Shown here piece by piece: positions 1 to 8,110 of a stretch of 20,000 nt of DNA. The DNA comes from an uncultured virus (IMG/VR IMGVR_UViG_3300028886_000081). Its lineage: Duplodnaviria > Heunggongvirae > Uroviricota > Caudoviricetes. The DNA is taken from IMG/VR virus record IMGVR_UViG_3300028886_000081; one strand, given 5' to 3'. Below the pieces are notes generated by a model. It saw nothing but the letters and a program-made list of their open reading frames with translations. It had not been told where the DNA came from and made no database searches. Each line of letters begins with the position of its first letter. Positions within the stretch are counted from its first letter, which is position 1. The position numbers and the translations under genes are program-made.

Positions 1-1152
1 AGCTATACCTATAAGACAAAAGACGGAAGCGAGTATCGTTGTCTGCATTATTCATTAGAAAATGATGCAAGGCTTTGGACAATTCAGGACGCAAAGGACG
101 GTGATGTACTTGCAAATAAATACGGTTCTGTTTTTATTTATGCAGGACTTAGAGAGGGTAATACAAATACTGTTGAGGATTATTGTTATATAACTGCAAA
201 CCACGATGAGTTTTCTGTAGAAGACCATAAAGCCGGATATTGGTATTATATTGATGAATTAAATCCTGCCACTAAAGAACAGCGTGACCTATTGTTCCAA
301 AAGATGAAAGATGCAGGATATGAATGGGATGCTGAAAAGAAAGAATTAAGGAAAATTGAACCTAAGTTTCATGTAGGTGACTGGATTGTTTTTAACGGAC
401 TTACTCTGTATGTCAAAGAAGTTGGTAAGAATTTCTATAGAGCATATCAGGATGATATACCGGATGGCTATTACTGGGATATAGACAATGTAGCAAGATT
501 ATGGACTATAGAGGATGCAAAGGATGGTGACGTACTTACTTGTAATGATGATATGTTCAGTATCTGTATATTTTCACATTTTGACGGGATAAATGATAAA
601 TTTAGTTCTTTTTCATGTTATTGTGCCTTAGAAGGTGAGGGGTTAGGACAACAGTTGAATATTTACGGCTATCACGATGATAGTACAGGTTATGTTCCTG
701 CAACCAAAGAACAGCGTGAAACACTGATGAAAGCAATAGATGATGCGGGATATACCTTTGACTTTGAGAAAAAAGAGTTAAAGAAAATTAAAGAGAAACC
801 CATAATAAGTAATGTCTTAAAAACAGCATTTGATAAGTCAAGGAAAGACTATTCTCTTGAAGAGAAGGAAGAAGCATCAGATTATTCCGAAAGTATTATT
901 CCGACATCAATTGTTTATGGAGAGTCTGAAGAAGAGTATATGCTACATAAAATCATAGAAGCAGCATATATTACAGGTAAAAATTCAATACAGAACCATG
1001 CTTGGAATGAAGAGGATGAAGAGAATTTGCAAAAAGCAAGATTCTATGTTAACTACTATCAGACTCATGAAGCAGATTCGGAGGCAGCAGAATTGTGCGA
1101 TAACTGGCTCAAATCCATCAGGGACAGATATACTTTGAAGTCAGATGCATAA
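1..1152 (+). CDS. Modular phage hypothetical protein, 5'-truncated, with two copies of a 'RLWTIxDAKDGDVL...PATKEQR...AGYxxDxEKKEL' domain
   Basis: Frame 1 is open from base 1 (SYTYKTKDGSEY...), so the listed TTG start at 292 is internal. Repeat copies at ~67-360 and ~493-795. C-terminal 'WNEEDE...WLKS' module is shared with 4130-4924. Confidence 0.85.
   Translation, partial: SYTYKTKDGSEYRCLHYSLENDARLWTIQDAKDGDVLANKYGSVFIYAGLREGNTNTVEDYCYITANHDEFSVEDHKAGYWYYIDELNPATKEQRDLLFQKMKDAGYEWDAEKKELRKIEPKFHVGDWIVFNGLTLYVKEVGKNFYRAYQDDIPDGYYWDIDNVARLWTIEDAKDGDVLTCNDDMFSICIFSHFDGINDKFSSFSCYCALEGEGLGQQLNIYGYHDDSTGYVPATKEQRETLMKAIDDAGYTFDFEKKELKKIKEKPIISNVLKTAFDKSRKDYSLEEKEEASDYSESIIPTSIVYGESEEEYMLHKIIEAAYITGKNSIQNHAWNEEDEENLQKARFYVNYYQTHEADSEAAELCDNWLKSIRDRYTLKSDA
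67..795 (+). repeat. Intragenic domain duplication (two ~100-aa copies)
   Basis: ARLWTIQDAKDGDVL (67-111) vs ARLWTIEDAKDGDVL (493-537); cctgccactaaagaacagcgtga (265-287) vs cctgcaaccaaagaacagcgtga (697-719). Confidence 0.9.
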
Positions 1153-1767
1153 ATGAAAACTGTATTAAAGAAGTTATCCGGTTTGTTGAACATACATGCT
1201 GATTCGAATCAGAAGTGGTTGTTATGGAGCATGTTTTTTTCAGGTCTGTTATGTACATATGTTTCACCTTGTATTTCCAAATCCGTTATAACTCAGTTAC
1301 CGGCTGAATGGATTGCATTTGAGGCATTGTTCTCGTCTGTAGTCTGTCTCTTTATCGGTATTATATGGAAAGGTTGTTTCCGTCGTAGTATTATACGTCA
1401 CTTTATTATATTCTGTATGGTTGAGTGCATGGCAGGATTTCTCATGTCCATGTATCTTGTATTTGTACATTATAATGTATGGGTTCTTGCTATAACTCAG
1501 CTGATATACGGTAATTTCATCTGTACCCTTGTAGGTAAGTGCATTATGGCTTTTAAGGCTAAGCTGTGGATTGAGGATGAGAGAGAGGTTTATGACAACA
1601 ACCTGAGTATTGTTTCGGGAATAACATGTATTGTAGGTTTTGCGTTGGCTTTGGCGATGATGCCTTCACTGAAGTTATCCCTGTTTATATGGGGTATATG
1701 CTGTGTAATAGATGATTTAGGTTGGATAATAGTATATCAGAAGAACAGTGAGAAGTTAAGGGAATAA
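1153..1767 (+). CDS. Integral membrane protein (~6 hydrophobic segments), function unknown
   Basis: 204-aa ORF abutting the upstream stop, with several long hydrophobic stretches. Size resembles half of an MFS-type transporter (unverified). Confidence 0.75.
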   Translation: MKTVLKKLSGLLNIHADSNQKWLLWSMFFSGLLCTYVSPCISKSVITQLPAEWIAFEALFSSVVCLFIGIIWKGCFRRSIIRHFIIFCMVECMAGFLMSMYLVFVHYNVWVLAITQLIYGNFICTLVGKCIMAFKAKLWIEDEREVYDNNLSIVSGITCIVGFALALAMMPSLKLSLFIWGICCVIDDLGWIIVYQKNSEKLRE

Positions 1768-1794
1768 GCTTTTAATGTTTTTTAACTTAATTTT

Positions 1795-1826
1795 TTTGGA
1801 GAAACTGTATAAAAGATGTACCTTTG
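1795..1826 (+). promoter_or_regulatory. Bacteroidota primary-sigma promoter (-33 TTTG / -7 TAnnTTTG)
   Basis: TTTG at 1795-1798, 20-nt spacer, TACCTTTG at 1819-1826 followed by CA; matches the established Bacteroides/Prevotella consensus. Confidence 0.8.
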
Positions 1827-1851
1827 CAGTATTAAAACAGGAAAGAAAGTT

Positions 1852-2274
1852 ATGAAACAGGAAAATAAAGATTTATTATTAAAATACCTTTGTATGGCAC
1901 AGCCTTACGGAGTAATATGCCAGTTCATTTGGACTTACAGTAACGAAACTACGGATGGAGAAGAAGTAATTGCTAACGAAGATGATAACATAAGATGTAT
2001 TGACATTCATACTAAAGAAATTCAGCCTGATTACTATGGGGAATGGGTTGATTTAGAACACTGTAAACCTTATCTTAGACCGTTATCTTCAATGAGTGGG
2101 GAAGAAAGGTTCAGATATGAGAGTTTATGCAAACTCAGACGTATAACAGGTCAGACTTATGAGGTATTCGATACAATTGACAGTATTCAATGGTTGTTAG
2201 AAAATCATTTCGACTTCATGGATTTAATTCCCAAAGGTCTTGCGTTGGAAACACCAGAAGGAATGTATAACTAA
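1852..2274 (+). CDS. Phage hypothetical protein, 'KPYLRxxSSM...HFDF..LI..GLA' family, copy 1
   Basis: Paralogous to 2409-2897. Start moved from 1816 to ATG 1852 (MKQENKDLLL) because codons from 1816 overlap the -7 promoter box. Confidence 0.8.
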   Translation: MKQENKDLLLKYLCMAQPYGVICQFIWTYSNETTDGEEVIANEDDNIRCIDIHTKEIQPDYYGEWVDLEHCKPYLRPLSSMSGEERFRYESLCKLRRITGQTYEVFDTIDSIQWLLENHFDFMDLIPKGLALETPEGMYN

Positions 2275-2287
2275 AATTTGCAAAAAA

Positions 2288-2404
2288 ATGGCTTATAGAT
2301 ATTTTCCTATTGAATTTTCTTCTTATGAAGATTATATTAAATACCTCAAAGAAAAGGGTTTTGCTATTGAAGTAACTGAAGAAAACAATCCTTATAAGGA
2401 ATAA
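2288..2404 (+). CDS. 38-aa mini-protein carrying only the C-terminal 'G(F/L)AIEVTEENNxYK' module
   Basis: MAYRYFPIEFSSYEDYIKYLKEKGFAIEVTEENNPYKE*; fills the intergenic gap, and the C-terminus matches GLAIEVTEENNSYKD of 2409-2897. Below the ORF-track cutoff. Confidence 0.65.
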   Translation: MAYRYFPIEFSSYEDYIKYLKEKGFAIEVTEENNPYKE

Positions 2405-2408
2405 AATT

Positions 2409-2897
2409 ATGATGAAAGAAGAAAAACAAAAAGAAAAGGAACTCTTGTTAAATGTGCTTAAGGATGGATTGCCTTATGGATTACAATTACAAATCACAGA
2501 TGTTGATGGGTTCACCTTTAGTGGAGAGTTGCGTGTATTATCTAAGAATTGGTGCAGGTTAAATATTACTAATCCGGCTAAAAAAGCAAGGGTGAAAAAT
2601 GAAACGATACCATTAAACTACATTTATATCAAGCCATATCTTAGGTCAATGTCAAGTATGACTGATGAAGAATTTCAAGAACTTCATAATATATGTCCTC
2701 ATTCAACCTTTAATAAGACTAATATCAGCACATGGGTAGTCGGGCTTGATGGCAGTGAATATGGTAGGATTACTCATCTAGATGAAATATGTGTTTTTAT
2801 TAATTGGCTCAATGCCCATCATTTTGATTTTCACAACTTAATAGAGCGTGGGTTGGCAATAGAAGTAACTGAGGAAAATAACTCGTATAAAGATTAA
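2409..2897 (+). CDS. Phage hypothetical protein, 'KPYLRxxSSM...HFDF..LI..GLA' family, copy 2
   Basis: ELLLNVLKDGLPYG...IKPYLRSMSSMTDEE...WLNAHHFDFHNLIERGLAIE aligns with 1852-2274. Confidence 0.85.
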   Translation: MMKEEKQKEKELLLNVLKDGLPYGLQLQITDVDGFTFSGELRVLSKNWCRLNITNPAKKARVKNETIPLNYIYIKPYLRSMSSMTDEEFQELHNICPHSTFNKTNISTWVVGLDGSEYGRITHLDEICVFINWLNAHHFDFHNLIERGLAIEVTEENNSYKD

Positions 2898-2902
2898 AAA
2901 AT

Positions 2903-3076
2903 ATGTTATATCTACTGATATTTTATTGGATTTTTGCTGCATTATTTTGTTTTGGTGCAATATATAAAAGAGCAAAAAAAGACGGTAAGCCTATCATTGG
3001 GGTGTTTATCGGTTGTTTAATGTTTGGAGGTATATTCTTTCCGATGTATCTTGGTAGAGGCTTAGAAGTGGATTAA
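2903..3076 (+). CDS. 57-aa small membrane protein (2 TM)
   Basis: MLYLLIFYWIFAALFCFGAIY-KRAKKDGKP-IIGVFIGCLMFGGIFFPMYLGRGLEVD*; fills the gap between neighbours. Confidence 0.7.
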   Translation: MLYLLIFYWIFAALFCFGAIYKRAKKDGKPIIGVFIGCLMFGGIFFPMYLGRGLEVD

Positions 3077-3077
3077 T

Positions 3078-3533
3078 ATGGATAAAATCTGTACAAGTAT
3101 AGAACAATCTCAAAAACTCGTAGAGTTGGGAATTGATGTTAATACTGCTGATATGCACTACTCTACTTGGACAATTTTGAATGACGGAGAATATATTTTA
3201 TCTCCGAATCAAGGACAAACAATAGAAGAACTACAAAAAGATTATGGGAATCAGGTTATTCCTGCTTGGAGCCTTACTGCTTTATTAAAATTAATAAAAA
3301 GTGAGATTTATAACAAAACTATCCAGGGTGAGCCAGTAACATACAAGGTTGATTTTCGTAAATTCAAATTTACAGATGATATTGACTTGTATCAAATTGC
3401 ATACGGCAGTATAAAATTTGATGTGGATGGCCAGTATTCATTTAGGGATATGATTAATACAGGTCAGAAAGAAGAGCCGATTGATGCAGCATTTCAGATG
3501 GTATGTTGGTTAAAAGAAAATAACAAAATATGA
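3078..3533 (+). CDS. Phage hypothetical protein, 'KICTSxEQSQKL.ELGID...IPAWSLTALL' family, copy 1
   Basis: Paralog of 3777-4127, with near-identical DNA blocks. Confidence 0.85.
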   Translation: MDKICTSIEQSQKLVELGIDVNTADMHYSTWTILNDGEYILSPNQGQTIEELQKDYGNQVIPAWSLTALLKLIKSEIYNKTIQGEPVTYKVDFRKFKFTDDIDLYQIAYGSIKFDVDGQYSFRDMINTGQKEEPIDAAFQMVCWLKENNKI

Positions 3534-3595
3534 AAACATATACAGACATAGAACAAAGCAAGAAATATGAAAAAACCAACAATAAAAAGTCATAA
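3530..3595 (+). pseudogene. Possible truncated N-terminal remnant of a third 'TxxEQSxKL' paralog
   Basis: ATGA-coupled start reads MKTYTDIEQSKK, similar to MDKICTSIEQSQK, then runs out of frame into the 3567 gene and stops at 3595. Confidence 0.45.
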
Positions 3596-3773
3596 ACATA
3601 AATATAAAGTTGTTTTATATACTAAGTGGTTTGAGGTTCCAACATCATTATCTTGCGAACCGTTATTCAGTACTATTTATTTGGCGGCAGATAATGAAAA
3701 TGAATTAATTGAAAAAATTAATAAAAAATTCAATGGTCGGAAAGAAATTGAAAAAATAGAAAAGATATTATAA
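3567..3773 (+). CDS. Small basic hypothetical protein
   Basis: 68-aa ORF in a tightly packed array, with an A-rich leader. Confidence 0.65.
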   Translation: MKKPTIKSHKHKYKVVLYTKWFEVPTSLSCEPLFSTIYLAADNENELIEKINKKFNGRKEIEKIEKIL

Positions 3774-3776
3774 TAT

Positions 3777-4127
3777 ATGAATAAAATCTGTACAAGTCAA
3801 GAACAATCTCAAAAACTCGCAGAGTTGGGAATTGACAGAAAAACATCCGATATGTATTATTGGTGCGGTTCAGGCCTTAGAATCGGTGGGTATAAAGCAC
3901 AGGAAGAAGAATTTGATATTCCTGCTTGGAGTCTTACTGCTTTACTTGATGTTTTACCTGATGAGTTGGAAGAAGGATATTATCTTACATTGTTTAAAGA
4001 AGGTAAGGAATACTGTTGTTGTTACGAGGATAATAACGGAGATAGTTTCAAGCATACATTTGCAGATAATCCTATAGATGCCTGTTATGAAATGATACTG
4101 AAGTTGAAGGAATTAAAATTGTTGTAA
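3777..4127 (+). CDS. Phage hypothetical protein, 'KICTSxEQSQKL.ELGID...IPAWSLTALL' family, copy 2
   Basis: Paralog of 3078-3533; both also end in a PIDA(A/C)(F/Y)xM..xLKE motif. Confidence 0.85.
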   Translation: MNKICTSQEQSQKLAELGIDRKTSDMYYWCGSGLRIGGYKAQEEEFDIPAWSLTALLDVLPDELEEGYYLTLFKEGKEYCCCYEDNNGDSFKHTFADNPIDACYEMILKLKELKLL

Positions 4128-4129
4128 TT

Positions 4130-4924
4130 ATGAAAGAACTTAGTGTAGAAGAAAAAGCAAAAAGATATGATGAGGCTAAAATAAATGGCTCAAGGCTTTG
4201 GGAATGTGGTGAGATTACAAGGACAAACTATGAATACATCTTCCCCGAACCCACAGAAAGCGAGGATGAGAAGATAAGGAAGGCTCTTGTTGAACATATT
4301 AAGGGTATATACAAAGGCTCTTGCACAGAAGAAATGTGTAAAGAAAGAGATATGTTTCTTGCTTGGCTTGAAAAGCATAAGTACACAGAAGATGATTTGG
4401 ATAAGGCATACAAGTGCGCCGACGAAGTACAGTACAGACGTGGCTATGAAGATGCCAAAAAAGAGATTGAAAAGCCTCAGTCATCTTCTCCTATATCGTA
4501 TGGTATAAAATTAGAGAAAAGAATGAATGAAGCCTGTAATAGATTCTTTGCTCCAAATACAGATGTTAATAGGTATAGTGCTTCCGATTTGTTTTATGCC
4601 GGCGTTAAAGCAGAGCGTGACCTTAATATGCCTGTTTGGAATGAAGATGATGAAAAATTATTCAGCAGAATTTCCGGAATTATTCATAATGCTGCTTATC
4701 AGAATTACGACCTTGACGTAAACGGAGAAGAAGTTGGTGAATATGCAAATATAATGAGATGGTTCAAATCTCTCAAAGAAAGAGTACAGCCACAAGTTAA
4801 ACAAGAGTGGAAGCCGACTGATGAGCAGATAAATACACTTTTCAAATATTCCGAACAGAACAACAAAGATGGTAGTATATTAACATCACTTTATAACGAA
4901 TTGAAGAAACTTAGGGGGGAATAG
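4130..4924 (+). CDS. Modular phage hypothetical protein
   Basis: Modules EEKAKRYDEA, ESEDEKIRKAL...AWLEK, WNEDDEK...WFKSLKER and WKPTDEQ; the WNEDDE...WxKS module is shared with ORF 1-1152. Confidence 0.85.
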   Translation: MKELSVEEKAKRYDEAKINGSRLWECGEITRTNYEYIFPEPTESEDEKIRKALVEHIKGIYKGSCTEEMCKERDMFLAWLEKHKYTEDDLDKAYKCADEVQYRRGYEDAKKEIEKPQSSSPISYGIKLEKRMNEACNRFFAPNTDVNRYSASDLFYAGVKAERDLNMPVWNEDDEKLFSRISGIIHNAAYQNYDLDVNGEEVGEYANIMRWFKSLKERVQPQVKQEWKPTDEQINTLFKYSEQNNKDGSILTSLYNELKKLRGE

Positions 4925-4926
4925 TT

Positions 4927-5289
4927 ATGAGGGCAAAGGTTATAAAAACAGGAGAAATAGTAGATGTTTATCACGAGCCACAGCACGGACAAATAACTAA
5001 TATCTACAAGGAATCTGTATTTGTTAATGGTCGTATGTGGACAGAAGATGAACTTGATTTTTCTGTGAAAGCAAACAAAGCACCGGAGAAGATATACCTC
5101 AATCCTCTTCTTATGGAAGATGGGGAAAGCATTGTTAGACGATGTACTTTTGATAGACAAAGGGATAGTCAGATTGAATATACCCGTACAGATGCCTTTA
5201 TTGAGAAGGCTTGTGATTTTATTAGTAGTCTAAGACGGTTAGATGATGATGTAATTGAAGATTTTAGAAAGTATATGAAAGGAGAGTAA
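4927..5289 (+). CDS. Phage hypothetical protein (probable two-module fusion)
   Basis: 120-aa ORF: N-module MRAKVIKTGEIVDV...ELDF, C-module KAPEKIYL...IEYTRTDAFIEKAC; tight spacing. Confidence 0.8.
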   Translation: MRAKVIKTGEIVDVYHEPQHGQITNIYKESVFVNGRMWTEDELDFSVKANKAPEKIYLNPLLMEDGESIVRRCTFDRQRDSQIEYTRTDAFIEKACDFISSLRRLDDDVIEDFRKYMKGE

Positions 5290-5292
5290 GGT

Positions 5293-5487
5293 ATGAAAGA
5301 AGTATTTTTGACAAAGGGTGCACCTAAATGGATGCCTTTTCATTTGATTTTCTTTAAGAACGCAGATTACTTAATCTTGCCTTGTATTTCTTATGTTAAG
5401 AAGAACAAGGCTAAGTATTTAGGAAGTGAAATAGTATTTGGTTTTCTTCGTTGGAGGATGAGTATTTATTTTCATAATGGCAATTAA
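5293..5487 (+). CDS. Small hypothetical protein
   Basis: 64-aa ORF filling the gap in the array. Confidence 0.6.
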   Translation: MKEVFLTKGAPKWMPFHLIFFKNADYLILPCISYVKKNKAKYLGSEIVFGFLRWRMSIYFHNGN

Positions 5488-5491
5488 AATT

Positions 5492-5905
5492 ATGGCACAC
5501 TACATACCAAAAGACGCTTTAGTAGCTGAGATAGATAAGCTAATAGATGAACCGGCACCTTTGCATGACCAACAATGCAGTTGGGAAGATGGTTATTATT
5601 GTGGCTTGTATAAAGCTGAAAGTATTATTGACACCCTTGAAGTAAAAGAGGATAATCTGCTTACTGAACAGAAAATTGAAAAAGAACTTGCTGAAATATA
5701 TCTTAGTATATTTGACAAGAAATTCGGGAATAAACTTCCTAACTTAAAAGGTAAAGAACTTGCAGACTTCAAGAATTTTATAAATACTTGTGAACAAACT
5801 TTTTCAATGAAATATTTTGATTACCATGCAACTCAAGGTAAGTTGTTTGAAAAATTAGCATTATTGTGGGCTGTATGGGGAAAGGAACATTTAAAAGATG
5901 ATTAA
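5492..5905 (+). CDS. Phage hypothetical protein, 'IxKDAL...IDTLEVKE' module family
   Basis: Likely start MAHYIPKDAL at 5492 (in frame with listed 5477); shares IDTLEVKE with 6378-6677. Confidence 0.8.
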   Translation: MAHYIPKDALVAEIDKLIDEPAPLHDQQCSWEDGYYCGLYKAESIIDTLEVKEDNLLTEQKIEKELAEIYLSIFDKKFGNKLPNLKGKELADFKNFINTCEQTFSMKYFDYHATQGKLFEKLALLWAVWGKEHLKDD

Positions 5906-5907
5906 AG

Positions 5908-6141
5908 ATGACAGACAAGCAAATAACCAATCTAAATAATAAAGTTTTATCATTAAACATTGATTTGTCAAATAAATTGCAAGATTTGGCCCGTGCTGCA
6001 AGTGAAAGGCTTGGGTATGATGTAGTAGCCGATTTATGTAATGGAGGAGAAATCGAGTTTCGCAGGATAATGGACGATGGCGTACCAGACACTGATAGTT
6101 GTATTTTTCTTGAAGATGTTTTAGCAGAAAATGGAGAATAG
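5908..6141 (+). CDS. Small hypothetical protein
   Basis: 77-aa ORF, 2 nt after the upstream stop. Confidence 0.75.
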   Translation: MTDKQITNLNNKVLSLNIDLSNKLQDLARAASERLGYDVVADLCNGGEIEFRRIMDDGVPDTDSCIFLEDVLAENGE

Positions 6142-6142
6142 C

Positions 6143-6394
6143 ATGGAACATTCAATAAACAAAGAAGCTATAAAACAAAAGGTTCAAGAAAAGTTACTTA
6201 ATGCTTGCGAAAGGCTTTATGAATCTGAACGAGCGTTATGTGAACCAGCTACACCACAATCATGGAAAGATGAAGCAAAAGAAGCATGGAATGAATTTGT
6301 TTGGAGATACCAGGACTACGAGTTAGTTTTTAAATCTGATATGGGCATAACAAATGATGACTTGAATTACGATGACTATGAAGTTGATTATTAA
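6143..6394 (+). CDS. Small acidic hypothetical protein
   Basis: Likely start MEHSINKEAI at 6143, just after the upstream TAG (listed start 6131 is in frame). Confidence 0.7.
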   Translation: MEHSINKEAIKQKVQEKLLNACERLYESERALCEPATPQSWKDEAKEAWNEFVWRYQDYELVFKSDMGITNDDLNYDDYEVDY

Positions 6395-6677
6395 AGATAC
6401 TTTACTAGGGGAAGTAAATAGACTGAGAAAGAATCAAAGGTTAGATGACAGACATAGCCAAGGGATTCTTGATGGGATTTATGCCATAGAAAAATTTATT
6501 GATACCCTTGAAGTAAAGGAAGTGGACTTGGAGAAAGAATTTTCTCAATGGTGGAAGAGTGGTAGGACAAAAGATTATAATGTAGATATTTTGTATGAAA
6601 GATATTCTGATGTATCATTGAAACTTGCCAAATATTTCTTTGAACTTGGCTTAAAACTAAATCAGAAAGGAGAATAA
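6378..6677 (+). CDS. Phage hypothetical protein, 'IxKDxL...IDTLEVKEVDLEKE' module family
   Basis: MKLIIKDTLLGEV...FIDTLEVKEVDLEKE...LAKYFFELG; start could be 6372 or 6378. Confidence 0.8.
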   Translation: MKLIIKDTLLGEVNRLRKNQRLDDRHSQGILDGIYAIEKFIDTLEVKEVDLEKEFSQWWKSGRTKDYNVDILYERYSDVSLKLAKYFFELGLKLNQKGE

Positions 6678-6679
6678 CA

Positions 6680-7117
6680 ATGAACATACAGCAACTAAGA
6701 ACACAGATAGCGACATTACAGAGTGCCACGATGGATGAGAATAAAAACTTCCGTTCTGCCTATGATGAAGGAAAGTTTGATGCACTGTCATCTGTTGATG
6801 CTTTACTTGATTCCTTGCAAGAAGAGGGAGAGCCTGTAAGCGAGGATTTGGAAGAAGAAATTCAAAAAACCATATATAATCACTTTTTTGATTTGGATGG
6901 AATTGCCATCGTAGGAGCAACGGCATATGCAACAGTGGATGATATGGTGTATATAGCAAAACACTTTGCTAAGTGGCAAGCAGAGCAAATTATGTCTAAG
7001 GCTATTGATGGCGAAGTTGGCTACTGGAACTTGCACGGACTATCAGTTAATGTGGATTTGCCTCTCAGTGCTGATGAAGGCGATAGAGTTAAAGTATTGG
7101 TAGTTAAGGAGGAATAA
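6680..7117 (+). CDS. Phage hypothetical protein, related 'LDSLQEE..VSEDLEEE...IAKHFA' module
   Basis: 145-aa ORF; motifs parallel IDTLEVKEVDLEKE...LAKYFF of the preceding gene. Confidence 0.8.
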   Translation: MNIQQLRTQIATLQSATMDENKNFRSAYDEGKFDALSSVDALLDSLQEEGEPVSEDLEEEIQKTIYNHFFDLDGIAIVGATAYATVDDMVYIAKHFAKWQAEQIMSKAIDGEVGYWNLHGLSVNVDLPLSADEGDRVKVLVVKEE

Positions 7118-7143
7118 TATATGAGTAAGGCAGTTATAGAAAT

Positions 7144-7485
7144 ATGGAAATAATAGACAGAATTAAGGACATAATCTTCAAGATTAAGGACTATGATAGG
7201 CTTGAACACGACTATTGTACATGTTTGTGTTATTTTACTAATGACAAAATGAGCAAGCCTAATTATGAGTTAGAGGAAGTTAAAACAGTTATTACCGACT
7301 CAATAGGCGAATATATGGATGAAGGTTACAACGGTGCAAAAGAGGAACTTGTCGAAAATTTTACAGAATGGTTCAAGTCTAATTTCAGTCAATCTCCATA
7401 TGACTCAACAAAAATCATAACCCATTATACCAGTGTTGATGAAGCTATAGATGATTTCAAAAAGTGTATTAAGGAAAAGTATTGA
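7144..7485 (+). CDS. Hypothetical protein
   Basis: 113-aa ORF, same strand and spacing as the array. Confidence 0.75.
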   Translation: MEIIDRIKDIIFKIKDYDRLEHDYCTCLCYFTNDKMSKPNYELEEVKTVITDSIGEYMDEGYNGAKEELVENFTEWFKSNFSQSPYDSTKIITHYTSVDEAIDDFKKCIKEKY

Positions 7486-7517
7486 AATAACAGAACATAA
7501 AAACTATAATAAATAAA

Positions 7518-8018
7518 ATGAAGAAAAGAATTAAAGGTACAGTTATTATAACCGACCCATGTTATGTAAAGGGTAGTAGTTATTATTTAATGAAGAGAAA
7601 CACCATTTACGGTGACTGGTCATGTATGGTATATCCCGGTAATATAGAGGACAACATGAAACCTTTGGAGTGGGATAAAAAGTACTTTGAGTTTTTCAAT
7701 GAATATAATTTCTCAGGAAAGTCAAAAGAAGAGAAGAAGGAACTTTGTGCTAAACATAATGACTTCAAGAAGAAGTGGTTAGAGGAGAACGGAATATTGG
7801 GTGAGTTCTGTGCTGACTCAGGTGAAGTTGCTGTTTATGACAGTTTGGATGACAAGGATTACGAATGGTGCGAAAAACATCCGTGGTGCGCAACCATAAT
7901 TGAGGATTTCGACGGTGAAGTGGAAATTGTCGAGAGGAATGACGAAGCAGGCCATAAAACAGTTCATGTTATAGGTACCGGTAATAAGCCGTTCTTCAGT
8001 GTTCAATCGGGACTTTAG
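7518..8018 (+). CDS. Phage hypothetical protein (ITDPCY / YGDW / GEFCADSG motifs)
   Basis: 166-aa ORF with an A-rich leader; motif pattern loosely reminiscent of DUF4241-like proteins (unverified). Confidence 0.75.
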   Translation: MKKRIKGTVIITDPCYVKGSSYYLMKRNTIYGDWSCMVYPGNIEDNMKPLEWDKKYFEFFNEYNFSGKSKEEKKELCAKHNDFKKKWLEENGILGEFCADSGEVAVYDSLDDKDYEWCEKHPWCATIIEDFDGEVEIVERNDEAGHKTVHVIGTGNKPFFSVQSGL

Positions 8019-8041
8019 GACGGAAAAAACTATTGTATTTC

Positions 8042-8069
8042 TTTGTTATGGATAAAAGCAGTATATTTG
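8042..8069 (+). promoter_or_regulatory. Bacteroidota-type promoter upstream of the primase
   Basis: -7 box TATATTTG at 8062-8069 followed by CAAAAA; TTTG at 8042-8045, but the spacer is only 16 nt. Flanks resemble the minus-strand promoter at 11464-11494. Confidence 0.6.
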
Positions 8070-8110
8070 CAAAAATATAATCGCGGTAACTGTATATAGT
8101 TCCCCTTTTT

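Noticed and set aside
1816..1851. Listed start codon at 1816
   Set aside because: It overlaps the -7 promoter element; the paralog alignment supports ATG 1852.
5779..5786. TATAAATA (T4 late promoter consensus) on the + strand
   Set aside because: Mid-gene, not at a consistent distance from a start codon, and expected by chance in AT-rich DNA.
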